Assembly: GCA_963826115.1 (NCBI GenBank)
Contig: CAWGVS010000011.1
Coordinates: 128,001-192,000 of the forward strand
Reading direction: 5' to 3'
From: an uncultured Candidatus Rokubacteria bacterium
Lineage (GTDB): Bacteria; Methylomirabilota; Methylomirabilia; Rokubacteriales; DASRDR01
Length of the DNA stretch: 64,000 nucleotides
A model generated the notes under the pieces. It was not told the DNA's origin, made no database searches, and worked only from the letters and a program-made list of their open reading frames with translations. This document shows, piece by piece, positions 21,665 through 32,508 of this stretch (within the stretch, counting starts at the first letter, position 1; every line of letters begins with the position of its first letter). The position numbers and the translations under genes were made by a program.

Positions 21665-22342
21665 CTACTGCGGGAATTTGGCGCGGAGCCCCAGGATGTC
21701 GACCGTCGTCTGCCCAGCCGCGAGCGCCTTCTTGACCTGCTCCTCGCGCTCGTGAATCAGGCGGATGCGCTCGGCCACGGCGGAGACCTGCTCCCTCGGC
21801 ACGACCACGACCCCGTCGTCGTCGCCGGCGACCAGATCCCCGGGGCGGACGAGGACGCCGCCGCACTGGATGGGAACCTGAACAGCGCCGAGGGTTTCCT
21901 TGACCGGCCCGCGCGCCGTCGCGCCGCTGGCGAACACGGGCAGGCCCTGGGCCGCCAGCGCCGCCGAGTCCCGGACGAGCCCCTGCAGGACGACGCCGGC
22001 CACGCCCCGCAGGCGAGCGGCGTAGACGAGGATGTCGCCGAGCAGCGCGGTATCGCGTCCCGAGCCACCGTCGATCACCAGCACGTCGCCGTGCGCGGCC
22101 AGCTCGACGGCGCGATGGATCGTCAGATTGTCGGCGGGCCAGCAGCGCAGCGTGAAGGCGGGACCGAAGCACCGCTTTCCCGACGCGACCGGACGAATCG
22201 AGGCGTCCATGTTTCCCCAGCGCCCGAGGGCGTCGGAGAGCATCGCCGTCGGGGCGGCGGCCAGCACTTTCATGGCTTCCGCATCCGCGGGCGGTGATTT
22301 CGGTGCCGCCACGTTCGGCACCGCGGCCAAGCGCTCTCTCAT
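21665..22342 (-). CDS. RraA / HMG-CHA aldolase family protein
   Basis: LSDAL, DNL, GDVLVID, GLVRD, VRPGDLVAGDDDGVVVVP. Confidence 0.88.
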   Translation of the reverse strand: MRERLAAVPNVAAPKSPPADAEAMKVLAAAPTAMLSDALGRWGNMDASIRPVASGKRCFGPAFTLRCWPADNLTIHRAVELAAHGDVLVIDGGSGRDTALLGDILVYAARLRGVAGVVLQGLVRDSAALAAQGLPVFASGATARGPVKETLGAVQVPIQCGGVLVRPGDLVAGDDDGVVVVPREQVSAVAERIRLIHEREEQVKKALAAGQTTVDILGLRAKFPQ

Positions 22343-22488
22343 GCGGTCACCCTAGCGGATCGCTCTCCGACGTGTCAACGCGGAGCGGAGTCGGATCGGC
22401 CGTCGGACTGGGTGTGCCCGTGGCGGGGCGGGGTGGATCGGGTGGAGGGTCGGCAGCCGCCGGCCCATGCGAGACGTGCCCGTCAGGG

Positions 22489-23388
22489 CTAAAAGGGGAG
22501 AACGGGCTCCGCCGCGGTCACCTGGCACCAGCCGACCGGCATGAACGCCGTGGAGTGCGCGTGCCCCAGGCGGCCACGCCAGTCCATGAGGATCAACCCG
22601 CCGTCCCCGCGTCCGTCCTCCCGGACGACGTCCAGGGAAACCTCCGCGGCCAGCTGTGGATCGTCCAGCTCCTTCAGGATGTCGAGCGCAGTCTTGGCGA
22701 GCACCGTGCGGATGAACGCCTCGCCGTGCCCCGTGGTCGATACGCCACCGAGCCGGCTGTCCGCGTAGGTGCCGGCGCCGATCAGGGCGGAGTCGCCGAC
22801 GCGGCCGGGCCGCTTGCCCGTGTAGCCGCCGGTCGAGGTGCCGGCGACGATGCGCCCGTGGACATCGATCGCCACGGCGCCCACGGTGCCCCCGACCGAT
22901 CCGGACGTCTGTGGGATCCCGGCCCCCTGGCGCGCCGCCAGGTGCTTGGCCAGGCTCCGGCGCTGCCGGTCGGTCACGAGGGCGTCCGGCGCGCACAGCG
23001 GCAAGCCTTGATCGCGTGCGAAGGTGAGCGCGCCATCCCCGACGAGGAGGATGTGGCGGCCGTCCTCGAGGATCCGTCGCGCGAGCCCGATGGCGCTCCG
23101 GACCCCGCTCACGGCCCCCACCGCGCCCGCCTGAAGGGCGTCACCCTCCATGATGGACGCGTCGCACTCCACGGTTCCGCGCTCCGTCAGGGCCGAGCCG
23201 TAGCCGGCGTTGAGGCGCGGGTGGTCCTCGAGGGCCTGAATGGTGGCCTCGATCGCATCCAGTGCGCCGCCGCCGCGGCGGAGGATAGCCCACCCTCGCG
23301 CGAGGGCCTCGCCCAGGGCCTCCCGGTACGTCGGCTTGTCGTCGGGGTCGCCGCCGGCCCCTCCGTGGGCGATGAGTGCCGGCACCAT
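22489..23388 (-). CDS. iaaA: isoaspartyl peptidase / L-asparaginase (Ntn hydrolase)
   Basis: HGGAG, NAGYGS, GTVGAVA, TSTGG, GRVGDS, TGHGE. Confidence 0.9.
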   Translation of the reverse strand: MVPALIAHGGAGGDPDDKPTYREALGEALARGWAILRRGGGALDAIEATIQALEDHPRLNAGYGSALTERGTVECDASIMEGDALQAGAVGAVSGVRSAIGLARRILEDGRHILLVGDGALTFARDQGLPLCAPDALVTDRQRRSLAKHLAARQGAGIPQTSGSVGGTVGAVAIDVHGRIVAGTSTGGYTGKRPGRVGDSALIGAGTYADSRLGGVSTTGHGEAFIRTVLAKTALDILKELDDPQLAAEVSLDVVREDGRGDGGLILMDWRGRLGHAHSTAFMPVGWCQVTAAEPVLPF

Positions 23389-23545
23389 CAGGGCCTCCCT
23401 TCGCTCCGCGTGAGCGAGAGATCCGGGACACCTTCCGAGGCGAGCCGATGGATCGAGTCGGGCATGCTGGGCATCGGATCGTCCGCGCCGCCGATCGTAC
23501 GAGCCGAGAAGCGCGCGAACGCCGCAGAGTCTATCATGACGCCTG

Positions 23546-24247
23546 ATGGCGCTGCGTGACCTGCAGGTGCGGATCGTTTCGTGCCGACGCTGCCCGCGGC
23601 TGGTGCGATTTCGCGAGGCGGTGGCGGCCTCTCCGCCGCGGCGATTCCGCGACGAGGCTTACTGGGCTCGTCCGGTGCCGAGCCTCGGCGATGCGTCGGC
23701 CCGGCTCCTCCTGGTCGGGCTCGCCCCGGCCGCCCACGGAGGGAACCGCACCGGCCGGATGTTCACCGGCGACGCGGCGGGTGGGAGCGGCGAGTGGGTG
23801 GCCCGCGCTCTCCACGCCCACGGCTTCGCGACGCAGCCCACGTCCCGGCACCGGGGCGACGGCTTCCGGCTCGTCGACGCCTACATCACGGCGGCGCTCC
23901 ACTGCGTCCCGCCCGACAACCGGCCCGCTCCCGAGGAGCTCCGCCGGTGCGCCCGCTACCTCCACGAGGAGCTGCCGCGACTGTCGCGCGCTCGCGTCGT
24001 CCTGGGCCTCGGGCGGATCGGCTTCGACGCCTATCTGAGCACGGCCGCGGCCAACGGACTGCCCGTCCCGCGCCCCCGTCCTCGATTCGCGCACGGCGCG
24101 GCGATCGATCTTCCCTGGGGTGTCGCCCTGCTCGGGACCTACCACCCGAGCCGCCAGAACACCCAGACGGGGCGGCTCACCTGGCCCATGTTCGAGGCCG
24201 TCTTTGCCGAGGCACGCCGTCGCCTGAGTGCGGGCGCATCAGCCTGA
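23546..24247 (+). CDS. uracil-DNA glycosylase family 5 (UdgB-like, 4Fe-4S)
   Basis: CRRCPRL, GLAPAAHGGNRTGRMFTGD, HPSRQNT. Confidence 0.9.
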   Translation: MALRDLQVRIVSCRRCPRLVRFREAVAASPPRRFRDEAYWARPVPSLGDASARLLLVGLAPAAHGGNRTGRMFTGDAAGGSGEWVARALHAHGFATQPTSRHRGDGFRLVDAYITAALHCVPPDNRPAPEELRRCARYLHEELPRLSRARVVLGLGRIGFDAYLSTAAANGLPVPRPRPRFAHGAAIDLPWGVALLGTYHPSRQNTQTGRLTWPMFEAVFAEARRRLSAGASA

Positions 24248-25129
24248 CACCGGGCGCCCGGTCGCGGCGAGCCAGAGGCCGAGGACGACGAGGGACCCGC
24301 CGGCGACCGTGAAGACGGAGAGCGGCTCGTCGAGCCACACGACACCGAGGAGCGCTCCGACGAGCGGCTGGACGTTCAGGTAGATCGCCGCGCGCGCCGC
24401 GGAGACTCGCTCGAGCGCCCAGTTCCAGACGAGATAGCCGAGCGCGGTGATCACGACGCCCAGGTAGAGCACGGCGGCCATGGTCGCCGCGGTCCAGGCG
24501 GACCGCGGCGCGACCCCCCACTCGACGGCGGCGAGCGGCGCTGTCGTGACGAGGCCCCAGAAGAGCGTCCGCGTCGTGACGCCGATGCTGGCATGACGGG
24601 CGAGCACCGGCCGGCCGAGCAGCGAGTACGCGGCGAAGCAGACGCCCGAGAGCAAGAGCATGAGATCGCCGCGCCAGTGCGGCGCGAGCGCGACGGTGAC
24701 CCCCGGCACGCCGTTGACCACGATGACGGTCGCGCCCACCAGGGCGAGGGCGGTGCCGCTGCCCTCCCGCCGGGTGAGGCGCTCGCCGAGCACGATCGGC
24801 GCGAGGGCCACGAGGGCGACGGGCTCGGTGGCGACGAGGAGCGCCGCATTGGTGGCCGTGGACCACGCGAGCCCCCAGTGCGCGAGCGCCATGGCCAGCG
24901 TGAACCCGAGGAATCCCATCCAGAAGAGCGTGCGGCGATCGGCGCTCGAGAACGGAGTCGTCGCGCCGCGCGCGGCGAAGCCCATCGGGGCGACGATGGC
25001 GAACGCGATGGCCATCCGGAGGAAGGCCAGCGTGATGGGCGTGACGGTGCCGAAGACCGGACGCATCACGACGTAAGCGGTGCCGTAGACCGCATTCGCG
25101 GCGAGGAGCACGACCTCGGCGCCGGGCAC
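24239..25129 (-). CDS. DMT/EamA family transporter
   Basis: Two EamA repeats; LGERL, YLNVQP; start approximate. Confidence 0.85.
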   Translation of the reverse strand: MPGAEVVLLAANAVYGTAYVVMRPVFGTVTPITLAFLRMAIAFAIVAPMGFAARGATTPFSSADRRTLFWMGFLGFTLAMALAHWGLAWSTATNAALLVATEPVALVALAPIVLGERLTRREGSGTALALVGATVIVVNGVPGVTVALAPHWRGDLMLLLSGVCFAAYSLLGRPVLARHASIGVTTRTLFWGLVTTAPLAAVEWGVAPRSAWTAATMAAVLYLGVVITALGYLVWNWALERVSAARAAIYLNVQPLVGALLGVVWLDEPLSVFTVAGGSLVVLGLWLAATGRPVSG

Positions 25130-25146
25130 TCGGGGCGGGGACGACG

Positions 25147-25641
25147 TCAGAGGTAGGCGAGCAGTCGCCCGCAGGAGACGACGCCCACCCAGAGCGCGAG
25201 CGAAGCGAGCGCGGAGACCCGGGCAGCGGCCGGGGCCGGCACGTGACGGTCCCACGTCGAGACCGACCTGAACGTGAAGCGGTGAAAGGCCCAGGCGTTG
25301 AGCCCGGCGAGGACGATCAGCGAGAGCTTCACCCAGAAGGCGGGGTTCTCGATCCACTCGGTCGCGTGAGCCGAGAACATGGCGAGGCCCGACGGCACCA
25401 CCAAGCCGAGCCCGACCCGCGACCACGGCAGGAGATGGCGGGCGAGGTCCGAGACGGGGATGCGCGGAGAGATCCCCAGCAGGCGAAGGTCGAACATCAC
25501 CGCGGCGCCGACCAGCAGGACGAAGCCGAGGATGTGCATGATCTCGACGACCGGGTAGAGCCAGAGCCAGTGCCGCATCGCCTGGGCGAATCCGCTGGTC
25601 TCGAGGGCGACCAGCCACGCCGGGCCGATCGGTGGGTGCAC
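25147..25641 (-). CDS. DUF6644-like membrane protein
   Basis: YPVVEIMHILG, FDLRLLG, NPAFWVKL, GRLLAY. Confidence 0.75.
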   Translation of the reverse strand: MHPPIGPAWLVALETSGFAQAMRHWLWLYPVVEIMHILGFVLLVGAAVMFDLRLLGISPRIPVSDLARHLLPWSRVGLGLVVPSGLAMFSAHATEWIENPAFWVKLSLIVLAGLNAWAFHRFTFRSVSTWDRHVPAPAAARVSALASLALWVGVVSCGRLLAYL

Positions 25642-25669
25642 TAGGAAGGCCGGGTCCGAGGTCGGGGCA

Positions 25670-26041
25670 CTAGCGCAGCTCGGTGGTCTTGCCGTCGATC
25701 GTGATCCGCTCCGCGCGCATCTCGTTCGGATCCGTGCGGCTCGGATACCCCATCACCGTGGCCTTGGTGCCGGGCTTCAGCATGGCGGCCATCAGCCCGC
25801 GATTCTCCATCCGGGAGGGCGGCGCCAGCGTCACGACCCACACCTTGTCGGAAACCTCGAGCTTCAGGAACCCATGAGGATGCTCGTAGCCCGCTTCCTT
25901 GATCGTCCCGCTCAGGTTGAGCGGCTTGCTGGCGTCGTAGCCGCTCCAGCCGTGGTGGGCGAAGGCGGCGCCGGCGAGGATCAGCAGGAGAGCGAGGCCG
26001 GCCGCGGGCCGGATCGTGCCGAGGATCGTCGATCGGGGCAT
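25670..26041 (-). CDS. DUF6152-like secreted protein
   Basis: Signal peptide ending AFA-HHGW, YEHPH motif. Confidence 0.75.
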   Translation of the reverse strand: MPRSTILGTIRPAAGLALLLILAGAAFAHHGWSGYDASKPLNLSGTIKEAGYEHPHGFLKLEVSDKVWVVTLAPPSRMENRGLMAAMLKPGTKATVMGYPSRTDPNEMRAERITIDGKTTELR

Positions 26042-26106
26042 GATTCACCTCCGCGCGTGCGACATCACCGTCATTGAACCATGACGCCCCGGCTCCTGCC
26101 ACCGCG

Positions 26107-27875
26107 TCACCACAGCGGGCCCAGCCGTGTGACGACAGGGACCGGGCCGCGGAGCGCATGGCGGAGCGAGCCGCCGCCGTCGCCGCCTCGTCGACGGTCA
26201 TGGTCGTCGGGTCGATGACGACCCCGTAGTCGTGCCGGGCGCCCTCGAGGGATATGTAGTCCTCCAGGACATCGTGGAGCACCGCCGGAGGATCCCGCTC
26301 CCAGGGCGGGCCGTATCCTCCGGCGCCGGACTGCTGGAACGAGACGACGTCGCCGTGCTCGACGGTATCGGAGGCCTTGGAGTGGACCCGCCGTTCCGCG
26401 GGAGTGCCCGGGTTCACCAGCGTGACGCCGGGCTTGCCCGGCTGCCCGCCGAAGAGCCCCCACGGCCCGAAACGATGCCGTTCGGTGTTGTTCGTGAGCC
26501 GGCCGCCCTCGAGGAAGAACCGGAGGTCCCGCCGGATGCCCGTGCCGCCGCGGTAGCGCCCGGGGCCGGCGGAGTCGCGGATCAGCTCGAACCGCTCGAT
26601 GAGGACGGGCTGGTTCGCCTCCTGGGACTCCACCGGGATGTTGGACGCGTTGAACGCCATCGACATCGCCTCGCAGCCGTCCCGATCCGCGCGGGCGGCG
26701 GTCCCGGAGAGGATCAGCTCGTAGACGACCGTGCGGCGGTTCCGCCGGGGATCGAAGCCCCCGCAGGTCGGGTTCGCGAAGTGGGAGCCGGCCGCCGTCA
26801 CGCGGCCGGGCAGGGCGGGGGCGAGCGCGCCGATCACCGCGTCGAAGATCCGGTAGCAGAAGACGGCGCGCGGCCCGCCGCCGGCCGGAGGGCGCGGATT
26901 GAGGAACGAGCCGAGCGGCGCGTCGATCCGGACCGGACGGAAGGCGCCGTCGTTCTGCGGGCCGGCGGGATCGGTCAGGCACTTCACCGCGGCGTAGCAG
27001 TACGGAGCGCGTGTAGTTGAGGTAGGAGTTCATGCCCGACTCGGTCTGCGGCCCCGTGCCGTCGAAGTCGATCAGGATCTCGTCGTCGCGGACGGTGACC
27101 GCGACCCGGAGCTCCATCGGCGAGTGCCCGGCCCGGAGTCGTCCATGTGGTCCTCGAACCGGTACACCCCGTCCGGGATCGCCCGGATCGCGTCCCGCAC
27201 CTTGGCCTCGGTCCGGTCCATGATCTCGGCCATCGCCGCCTGGATCGTCTCGTGCCCGTACCGGCACGCGAGCTCGATCATCCGGAGCTCGCCGACCCGC
27301 AGCGAGTTCCGCTGGGCGCGGAGGTCGCCCAGCATCGACTCGGCCATGCGGGTGTTCGCCAGGATGATCGCCAGGATGTCCTCCTGCTCCTCGCCGCCCT
27401 TCCAGGGCTTCACGGGCGGGACGTGGAGACCCTCCTGGAAGTAGTCGAACACTCCTTCGACCGCCTGGCTGCCCGGCCGCATGCCGCCCACGTCGGTGTG
27501 ATGGAGGATGTTGGCGACGAAGCCGATGAGCCGCCCGTCGTCCATGAAAGCGGGCTGGATCATGAAGAAGTCGGGGAAGTGCCCGGAGCCGAGGAACGGG
27601 CTGTTGAACAGCACCACGTCCCCGGGCCGGAGCCGATCGCCCGGGAAGGCCTGGACCGCGTTCTTGGCGGCGAACGACATCGCGCCCATGTGTCCCGGGC
27701 TGTACGGCCCCTGGGCGACCATCCGGCCCTCCGGGTCGAAGAGGCAGACCGAGAAGTCCTGGCCCTCGCGGGCCTGCTGGGAGTGCGCCGTCCGGTGCAC
27801 CGTGGTGCCGACCTCCACGGTGACCGACTGGAGCGCGCCCCAGACGACGCTGAGCGTGACCGGATCGAGCGTCAC
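26107..27875 (-). CDS. hydantoinase B / 5-oxoprolinase subunit (frameshifted)
   Basis: LDPVTL, HHTDVGG..PGS, QEGL, IDFDGT, DSAGPGRYRGG, GAGGYG. Confidence 0.85.
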
Positions 27876-29950
27876 GTCGCGTCTCCGACGCTCACGATGA
27901 GGTTCGCCCAGCGATCGACCTCCGCGCGCGTGCCCGGTGGCAGAACGGTCGTGGACTCCGGCTCCTCCACGATGGCCGGTCCGGCGATGCTCGCGCCGAC
28001 CGGCAGGCGCGCCCGGTCGTAGACGGCGCACGGGGCGTAGCCGCGGGTCTCCGGAAAGTAGACCGGGCGGTCCGGCTTCCGGGCCTCCGCGACGTGGCGG
28101 GCGCCTCTGGGCTGCTCGGCGAGTCGGACCTCGGGCCCGGCGCCGGTCACGGTCACCGCGACGGTGACCAGCTCGACCGCGGCCCGCGCGTCCGAGTAGC
28201 CGTAGCGGTGGGCGTAGACGCGGTCGAAGGCGCCGCGGAGCGCGGAGGCCGTCCCGGCGTCGATCGGTCCGTCGGGGATCGGGACCGACAGCTCGTAGCC
28301 CTGGCCGACATAGCGCATGTCCGCCGCTCGCGACAGCGAGAGCGTTCCGCCCACGCCCGCCTCCCGGACGACGGCCGTGCCCTGGGCGGCCATCTCGTCG
28401 AGGATCCCGGCGAGGTACGCGGGGTCCAGCGCGTCGAGGCGCCTCACGTAGGAGCGGGAGAGGTCGAACCTCACCTCGGCCGCGAGCAGTCCGATCGCCG
28501 ACGTGACGCCGGCGGCCGCCGGCAGGATCGCGCGGGGGATGCCGAGCGCCTGGGCGAGCCGGCAGCCGTGGACGGGACCCGAGCCGCCGAACGCCGCGAG
28601 GGCGAGGCGCCGAGGGTCGTAGCCGCGCTCGATCGACACGACCCGCGTGGCCAGCTCCATGTTCGTCGTCACGATCTGGTGGATGCCCCACGCGGCCTCC
28701 GCGACGCCGAGGCCGAGCGGCCCGGCCACGCGGGCCTCGATGCCCCGGCGGGCGGCGTCGACATCGAGCCGCATGCGGCCCCCGAGGAAGTAGTCGGGGT
28801 TGAGATACCCGAGCACCAGGTTCGCGTCGGTGACCGTGGGCTCGGTCCCGCCGAGGCCGTAGCAGAGCGGGCCGGGCGCGGCGCCCGCGGAGTCGGGGCC
28901 GACCTGGATCACGCCCGTTTCCGCTCGCGCGATCGACCCGCCGCCGGCGCCGATCTCGACCAGGTCGATGGCCTGGATGTTCATCGGCAGCCCGCTGCCC
29001 GGCTGGAGCCGGATCCGGTGCAGCTCGAACTCGCGGATCGTCTGGGGGGCCCCGCCCGTGATGAGGGAGAGCTTCGCCGTCGTCCCGCCCATGTCGAAGG
29101 CGATGAGGTCGGCATGGCCGGTGAGCTTCCCGTACGCCGCGGCCATGAGCGCGCCGGCGGCGGGGCCCGACTCGATCATGCGCACGGGGAACCGGGCCAT
29201 CGTCTCCGCGGTGGCGATCCCGCCGCCGGACTGCATGACGAAGAGGCGGCCCCGATAGTCGAGCGCGCGGAGCGCGTGCTCGAGGCGCTCGAGGTAGTCG
29301 CGCACCGCAGTCATCACGTACGCGTTGACGACGGTCGTCGAGGTCCGCTCGTACTCGCGAATGACGGGCGAGATCTCCGAGGAGAGGCTGACCGCGACGT
29401 GCGGGGCTTCCTCGCGGACGATCTCGGCGGCGCGCCGCTCGTGCGCGGAATTGACGTACGCATGCAGAAAGCAGACCGCGATCGACGCCACCTCGCCGCG
29501 GACGAGCTGCCGGACGGTGTCGCGGAGACCCACCTCGTCGAGCGGCACGAGCACCTCGCCGTCGAAGGCCACCCGCTCGACGACCTCCCGGATGCGCGAG
29601 CGCGGCACCAGCGGGGCGGGCTTCTCGATGGAGAGATCGTAGAGCTGGTAGCGCTTCTCCCGGCCGATGATCAGGACGTCACGGAAGCCGCGGGTGGTGA
29701 GGAGCGCGACCTTGCCGCCCTTGCGCTCGATGACGACGTTCGAGCCGAGCGTGGTCCCGTGGACGGCCTGGGCGAGATCGGCCCAGCCGAGGCCCGCGCG
29801 GGCGACGAGCTCGCGGAGGCCCTCGACGCACGCTCGCGCCGGGTCGTCCGGCGTCGTCAGGCGCTTCCCGGTGAGGAGGCGGCCGTCGTCCGCCTGGAGC
29901 GCGAAATCGGTGAAGGTCCCGCCGACGTCGAACCCGACCCGGAACGCCAC
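27872..29950 (-). CDS. hydantoinase A / 5-oxoprolinase subunit
   Basis: DVGGTFTD, HGTT, EYERTSTT, SGPAAG, DMGGTT, GAGGGS, PTVTDA. Confidence 0.92.
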   Translation of the reverse strand: MAFRVGFDVGGTFTDFALQADDGRLLTGKRLTTPDDPARACVEGLRELVARAGLGWADLAQAVHGTTLGSNVVIERKGGKVALLTTRGFRDVLIIGREKRYQLYDLSIEKPAPLVPRSRIREVVERVAFDGEVLVPLDEVGLRDTVRQLVRGEVASIAVCFLHAYVNSAHERRAAEIVREEAPHVAVSLSSEISPVIREYERTSTTVVNAYVMTAVRDYLERLEHALRALDYRGRLFVMQSGGGIATAETMARFPVRMIESGPAAGALMAAAYGKLTGHADLIAFDMGGTTAKLSLITGGAPQTIREFELHRIRLQPGSGLPMNIQAIDLVEIGAGGGSIARAETGVIQVGPDSAGAAPGPLCYGLGGTEPTVTDANLVLGYLNPDYFLGGRMRLDVDAARRGIEARVAGPLGLGVAEAAWGIHQIVTTNMELATRVVSIERGYDPRRLALAAFGGSGPVHGCRLAQALGIPRAILPAAAGVTSAIGLLAAEVRFDLSRSYVRRLDALDPAYLAGILDEMAAQGTAVVREAGVGGTLSLSRAADMRYVGQGYELSVPIPDGPIDAGTASALRGAFDRVYAHRYGYSDARAAVELVTVAVTVTGAGPEVRLAEQPRGARHVAEARKPDRPVYFPETRGYAPCAVYDRARLPVGASIAGPAIVEEPESTTVLPPGTRAEVDRWANLIVSVGDAT

Positions 29951-29994
29951 GGCCTCTCTGTTACCGGAACTCGCCAGGCGTGTCCAGCCCGTGG

Positions 29995-30696
29995 TCACGC
30001 CACGCCGAGGTAGCGGCGCTTGACCTCCTCGTTCGCCCCGAGCTCGGCCGGCGTCCCCTCGTACACGATCTGGCCCTTGCTCATCACGTAGACGCGGTCG
30101 GCGATCCGGAGGGCGAGGTGATAGTTCTGCTCGACCAGGAGGATCGAGAGCCGCTCCGCCTTGAGGCGGAGGAGGATGCGGCCGATCTCGCGGACGATCA
30201 GCGGGGCGAGCCCCTCCGAAGGCTCGTCCAGCAGGAGCAGCCGGCCGTTCGTGAGGAGCGCGCGGCCGACGGCGAGCATCTGCTGCTCGCCGCCGGAGAG
30301 GGTCCCGCCCGCCTGGGCCGCCCGCTCCCGGAGACGCGGGAAGAGCTCGAAGACCCGCTCGAGCGTCCAGCCGTCTGACTGGCTGTTTGGGCGGGCGCCG
30401 AGGAGGAGGTTCTCCCGCACCGTGAGCGGCGCGAAGATGCGGCGCCCCTGCGGGACGAGCGCGAGGCCCCGGCGCGCGATGCGGTGGGCGGGCCAGTCCT
30501 GGATCGGTTCCCCCTCGAGCCGGATGCGGCCGTCGCGCGGCGGCGTGAACCCCATGATGCTGCGGATCAGCGTCGTCTTGCCGGCGCCGTTCCGCCCGAG
30601 GAGGGCGACAGCCTCGCCGTGCCCCACGCGGAGCGACACCCCGTGGAGCACGTGGCTCTCCCCGTAGTAGGTCTGGATCCCCTCGACATCCAACAT
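29995..30696 (-). CDS. livF: branched-chain ABC ATPase, LivF-like
   Basis: GRNGAGKTT, LSGGEQQML, LLDEPSEGL. Confidence 0.9.
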   Translation of the reverse strand: MLDVEGIQTYYGESHVLHGVSLRVGHGEAVALLGRNGAGKTTLIRSIMGFTPPRDGRIRLEGEPIQDWPAHRIARRGLALVPQGRRIFAPLTVRENLLLGARPNSQSDGWTLERVFELFPRLRERAAQAGGTLSGGEQQMLAVGRALLTNGRLLLLDEPSEGLAPLIVREIGRILLRLKAERLSILLVEQNYHLALRIADRVYVMSKGQIVYEGTPAELGANEEVKRRYLGVA

Positions 30697-30697
30697 C

Positions 30698-30802
30698 GGG
30701 GTCAGGCCCTGACTTTGACTTCTCGACAATACGGCCGCCGGGCGCCGCCCGACCCTTCGCGCGGGGCCGTCGGTCTAGAAGTCAAAGTCAGGGCCTGACC
30801 CC
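30698..30802. repeat. inverted-repeat element copy B
   Basis: ggggtcaggccctgactttgacttc ... gaagtcaaagtcagggcctgacccc, perfect 25-bp IR. Confidence 0.9.
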
Positions 30803-31539
30803 AAGTAGACCTCGTAGACGCGGGGGTCGGCGCGGACCTCGGCGGCGGTGCCTTCGGCCAGGACCTCGCCGTAGTGGAGCACGGTGATGCGATCGGCGAG
30901 CGTGAAGACCACGTCCATGTCGTGCTCGATGATCAGGAGGGTGATCGCGCGCGGCAGGCCGGCGAGGAGCTCGGTCATGCGGTGGGTCTCCTCGGGTGAC
31001 ATCCCGGCGGTGGGCTCGTCGAGGAGAAGGAGCTTGGGGTCGGTGGCGAGCGCGATCCCGATCTCCAGCTGACGCTGCTCCCCGTAGGAGAGAGCGCCGG
31101 CGGGGACGTCGAGCCGGTCGGTGAGCCCCACGGCCTCGGCGGCGCCCCGCGCCCGCTCGAGCGGCACCCAGAGTCGGTCCACGGACCCGAGGATGTCGTA
31201 GCTGCCGCGGCCCCGGGCAGCGGCGGCGAGCCGGAGGTTCTCCCGCACCGGCAGCGGCGCGAAGACGTTGGTGCGCTGAAACGAGCGCGAGATGCCTCGA
31301 CGCGCCACCGCGTGCGGCGGCAGGCCGTCGACCGGACCGCCCTCGAAGAGGATGCGCCCCGCGGTGGGCGTGAGGTGGCCCGTGATCAGGTTGAACAGCG
31401 TCGTCTTGCCGGCGCCGTTCGGCCCGATGATGGCCCGTCGCTCGCGCGGCGCCACCGAGAGGGTCACGCCGTTGACGGCCGTCAGCGCGCCGAAGGTCCG
31501 GCGGAGCCCCTCGATCGCGAGGGCGGGCGGGGCCGTCAC
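30775..31539 (-). CDS. livG: branched-chain ABC ATPase, LivG-like
   Basis: GPNGAGKTT, LSYGEQR, DEPTAGM, IEHDM; C-terminus GSGPDFDF* from the repeat arm. Confidence 0.9.
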   Translation of the reverse strand: MTAPPALAIEGLRRTFGALTAVNGVTLSVAPRERRAIIGPNGAGKTTLFNLITGHLTPTAGRILFEGGPVDGLPPHAVARRGISRSFQRTNVFAPLPVRENLRLAAAARGRGSYDILGSVDRLWVPLERARGAAEAVGLTDRLDVPAGALSYGEQRQLEIGIALATDPKLLLLDEPTAGMSPEETHRMTELLAGLPRAITLLIIEHDMDVVFTLADRITVLHYGEVLAEGTAAEVRADPRVYEVYLGSGPDFDF

Positions 31540-32462
31540 GCGCGGAGCCCGATGCGGCCCCGGAGCGCGCCGACGATCCCGCCCGGGACGAAGAGGACGA
31601 ACAGGACGAACGTCACGCCGAGGATGAGCATCCAGCGCTCTGTGTAGGTCGAGACGAGGCTCTGGAGGAGTATGAACGCGGTGGCGCCGAGCACCGCCCC
31701 CCCGAGCGTGCCGGTGCCCCCCAGGATGACCATCAGCAAGGCCTCGCCGGACGTCTTCCAGAACAAGGCATCCGGGGTGATGGACCCGCTGAACTGCGCG
31801 TAGAGCGAGCCCGCCAGGCCCGCCAGGGTGCCGCCCAGGACGAAGGCCAGCAGCTTGTAGCGGCGGACGGGGTAGCCCAGCGCCTCCATTCGCCCCTCGT
31901 TCTCGCGGATCCCGATCAGCACGTGACCGAACGGGGAGCGCACGACGCGCCAGAGGAAGAGGATCGCGCCGCCGGCGATGGCCACGACGTAGACGTGGAA
32001 CGCCCAGCCTTCCCCGATGGGCATGCCGAACACCGCCGGACGGGGAACGCCGTTGATCCCGTCCTCGGCGCCGAGCCACGACGTCTGGAACGCGTAGGCG
32101 TAGAGCATCTGAGAGAACGCGAGCGTGAGCATGATGAAGTACACGCCGGTGACGCGCGTCGAGAAGAAGCCGATGACGAGCGCGGCCAGCGCGCCGGCCA
32201 GCACCGGCAGGAGGAGGGCGCCGATCGGCCCCGGATGGGCGGTGAGGGCGAGGCCCGCCACGTAGCCGCCGACGCCGAAGAAGGCGGCGTGGCCGAACGA
32301 CACCATCCCCGCGTAGCCCATCAGGAGGTCCAGGCTCATCGCATAGATCCCCCAGATCAGGATCTCCTGGAGAAGCTTGACGGGATAGCGGCCGAATGCG
32401 GCCGGGAAGGCGAGGACGGCGAGCAGCAAGACCGCGAAGCCCAGGGGCCGCACCCGCCTCAT
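31536..32462 (-). CDS. livM: branched-chain ABC permease, LivM-like
   Basis: SFGHAAFFG, MLTLAF, IRENE, ILGGTGT. Confidence 0.9.
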   Translation of the reverse strand: MRRVRPLGFAVLLLAVLAFPAAFGRYPVKLLQEILIWGIYAMSLDLLMGYAGMVSFGHAAFFGVGGYVAGLALTAHPGPIGALLLPVLAGALAALVIGFFSTRVTGVYFIMLTLAFSQMLYAYAFQTSWLGAEDGINGVPRPAVFGMPIGEGWAFHVYVVAIAGGAILFLWRVVRSPFGHVLIGIRENEGRMEALGYPVRRYKLLAFVLGGTLAGLAGSLYAQFSGSITPDALFWKTSGEALLMVILGGTGTLGGAVLGATAFILLQSLVSTYTERWMLILGVTFVLFVLFVPGGIVGALRGRIGLRA

Positions 32463-32508
32463 GCCGGGAAGCCTCGCGAGGCCAGCGGGCGCCCCCGCGC
32501 GGGGCGCG

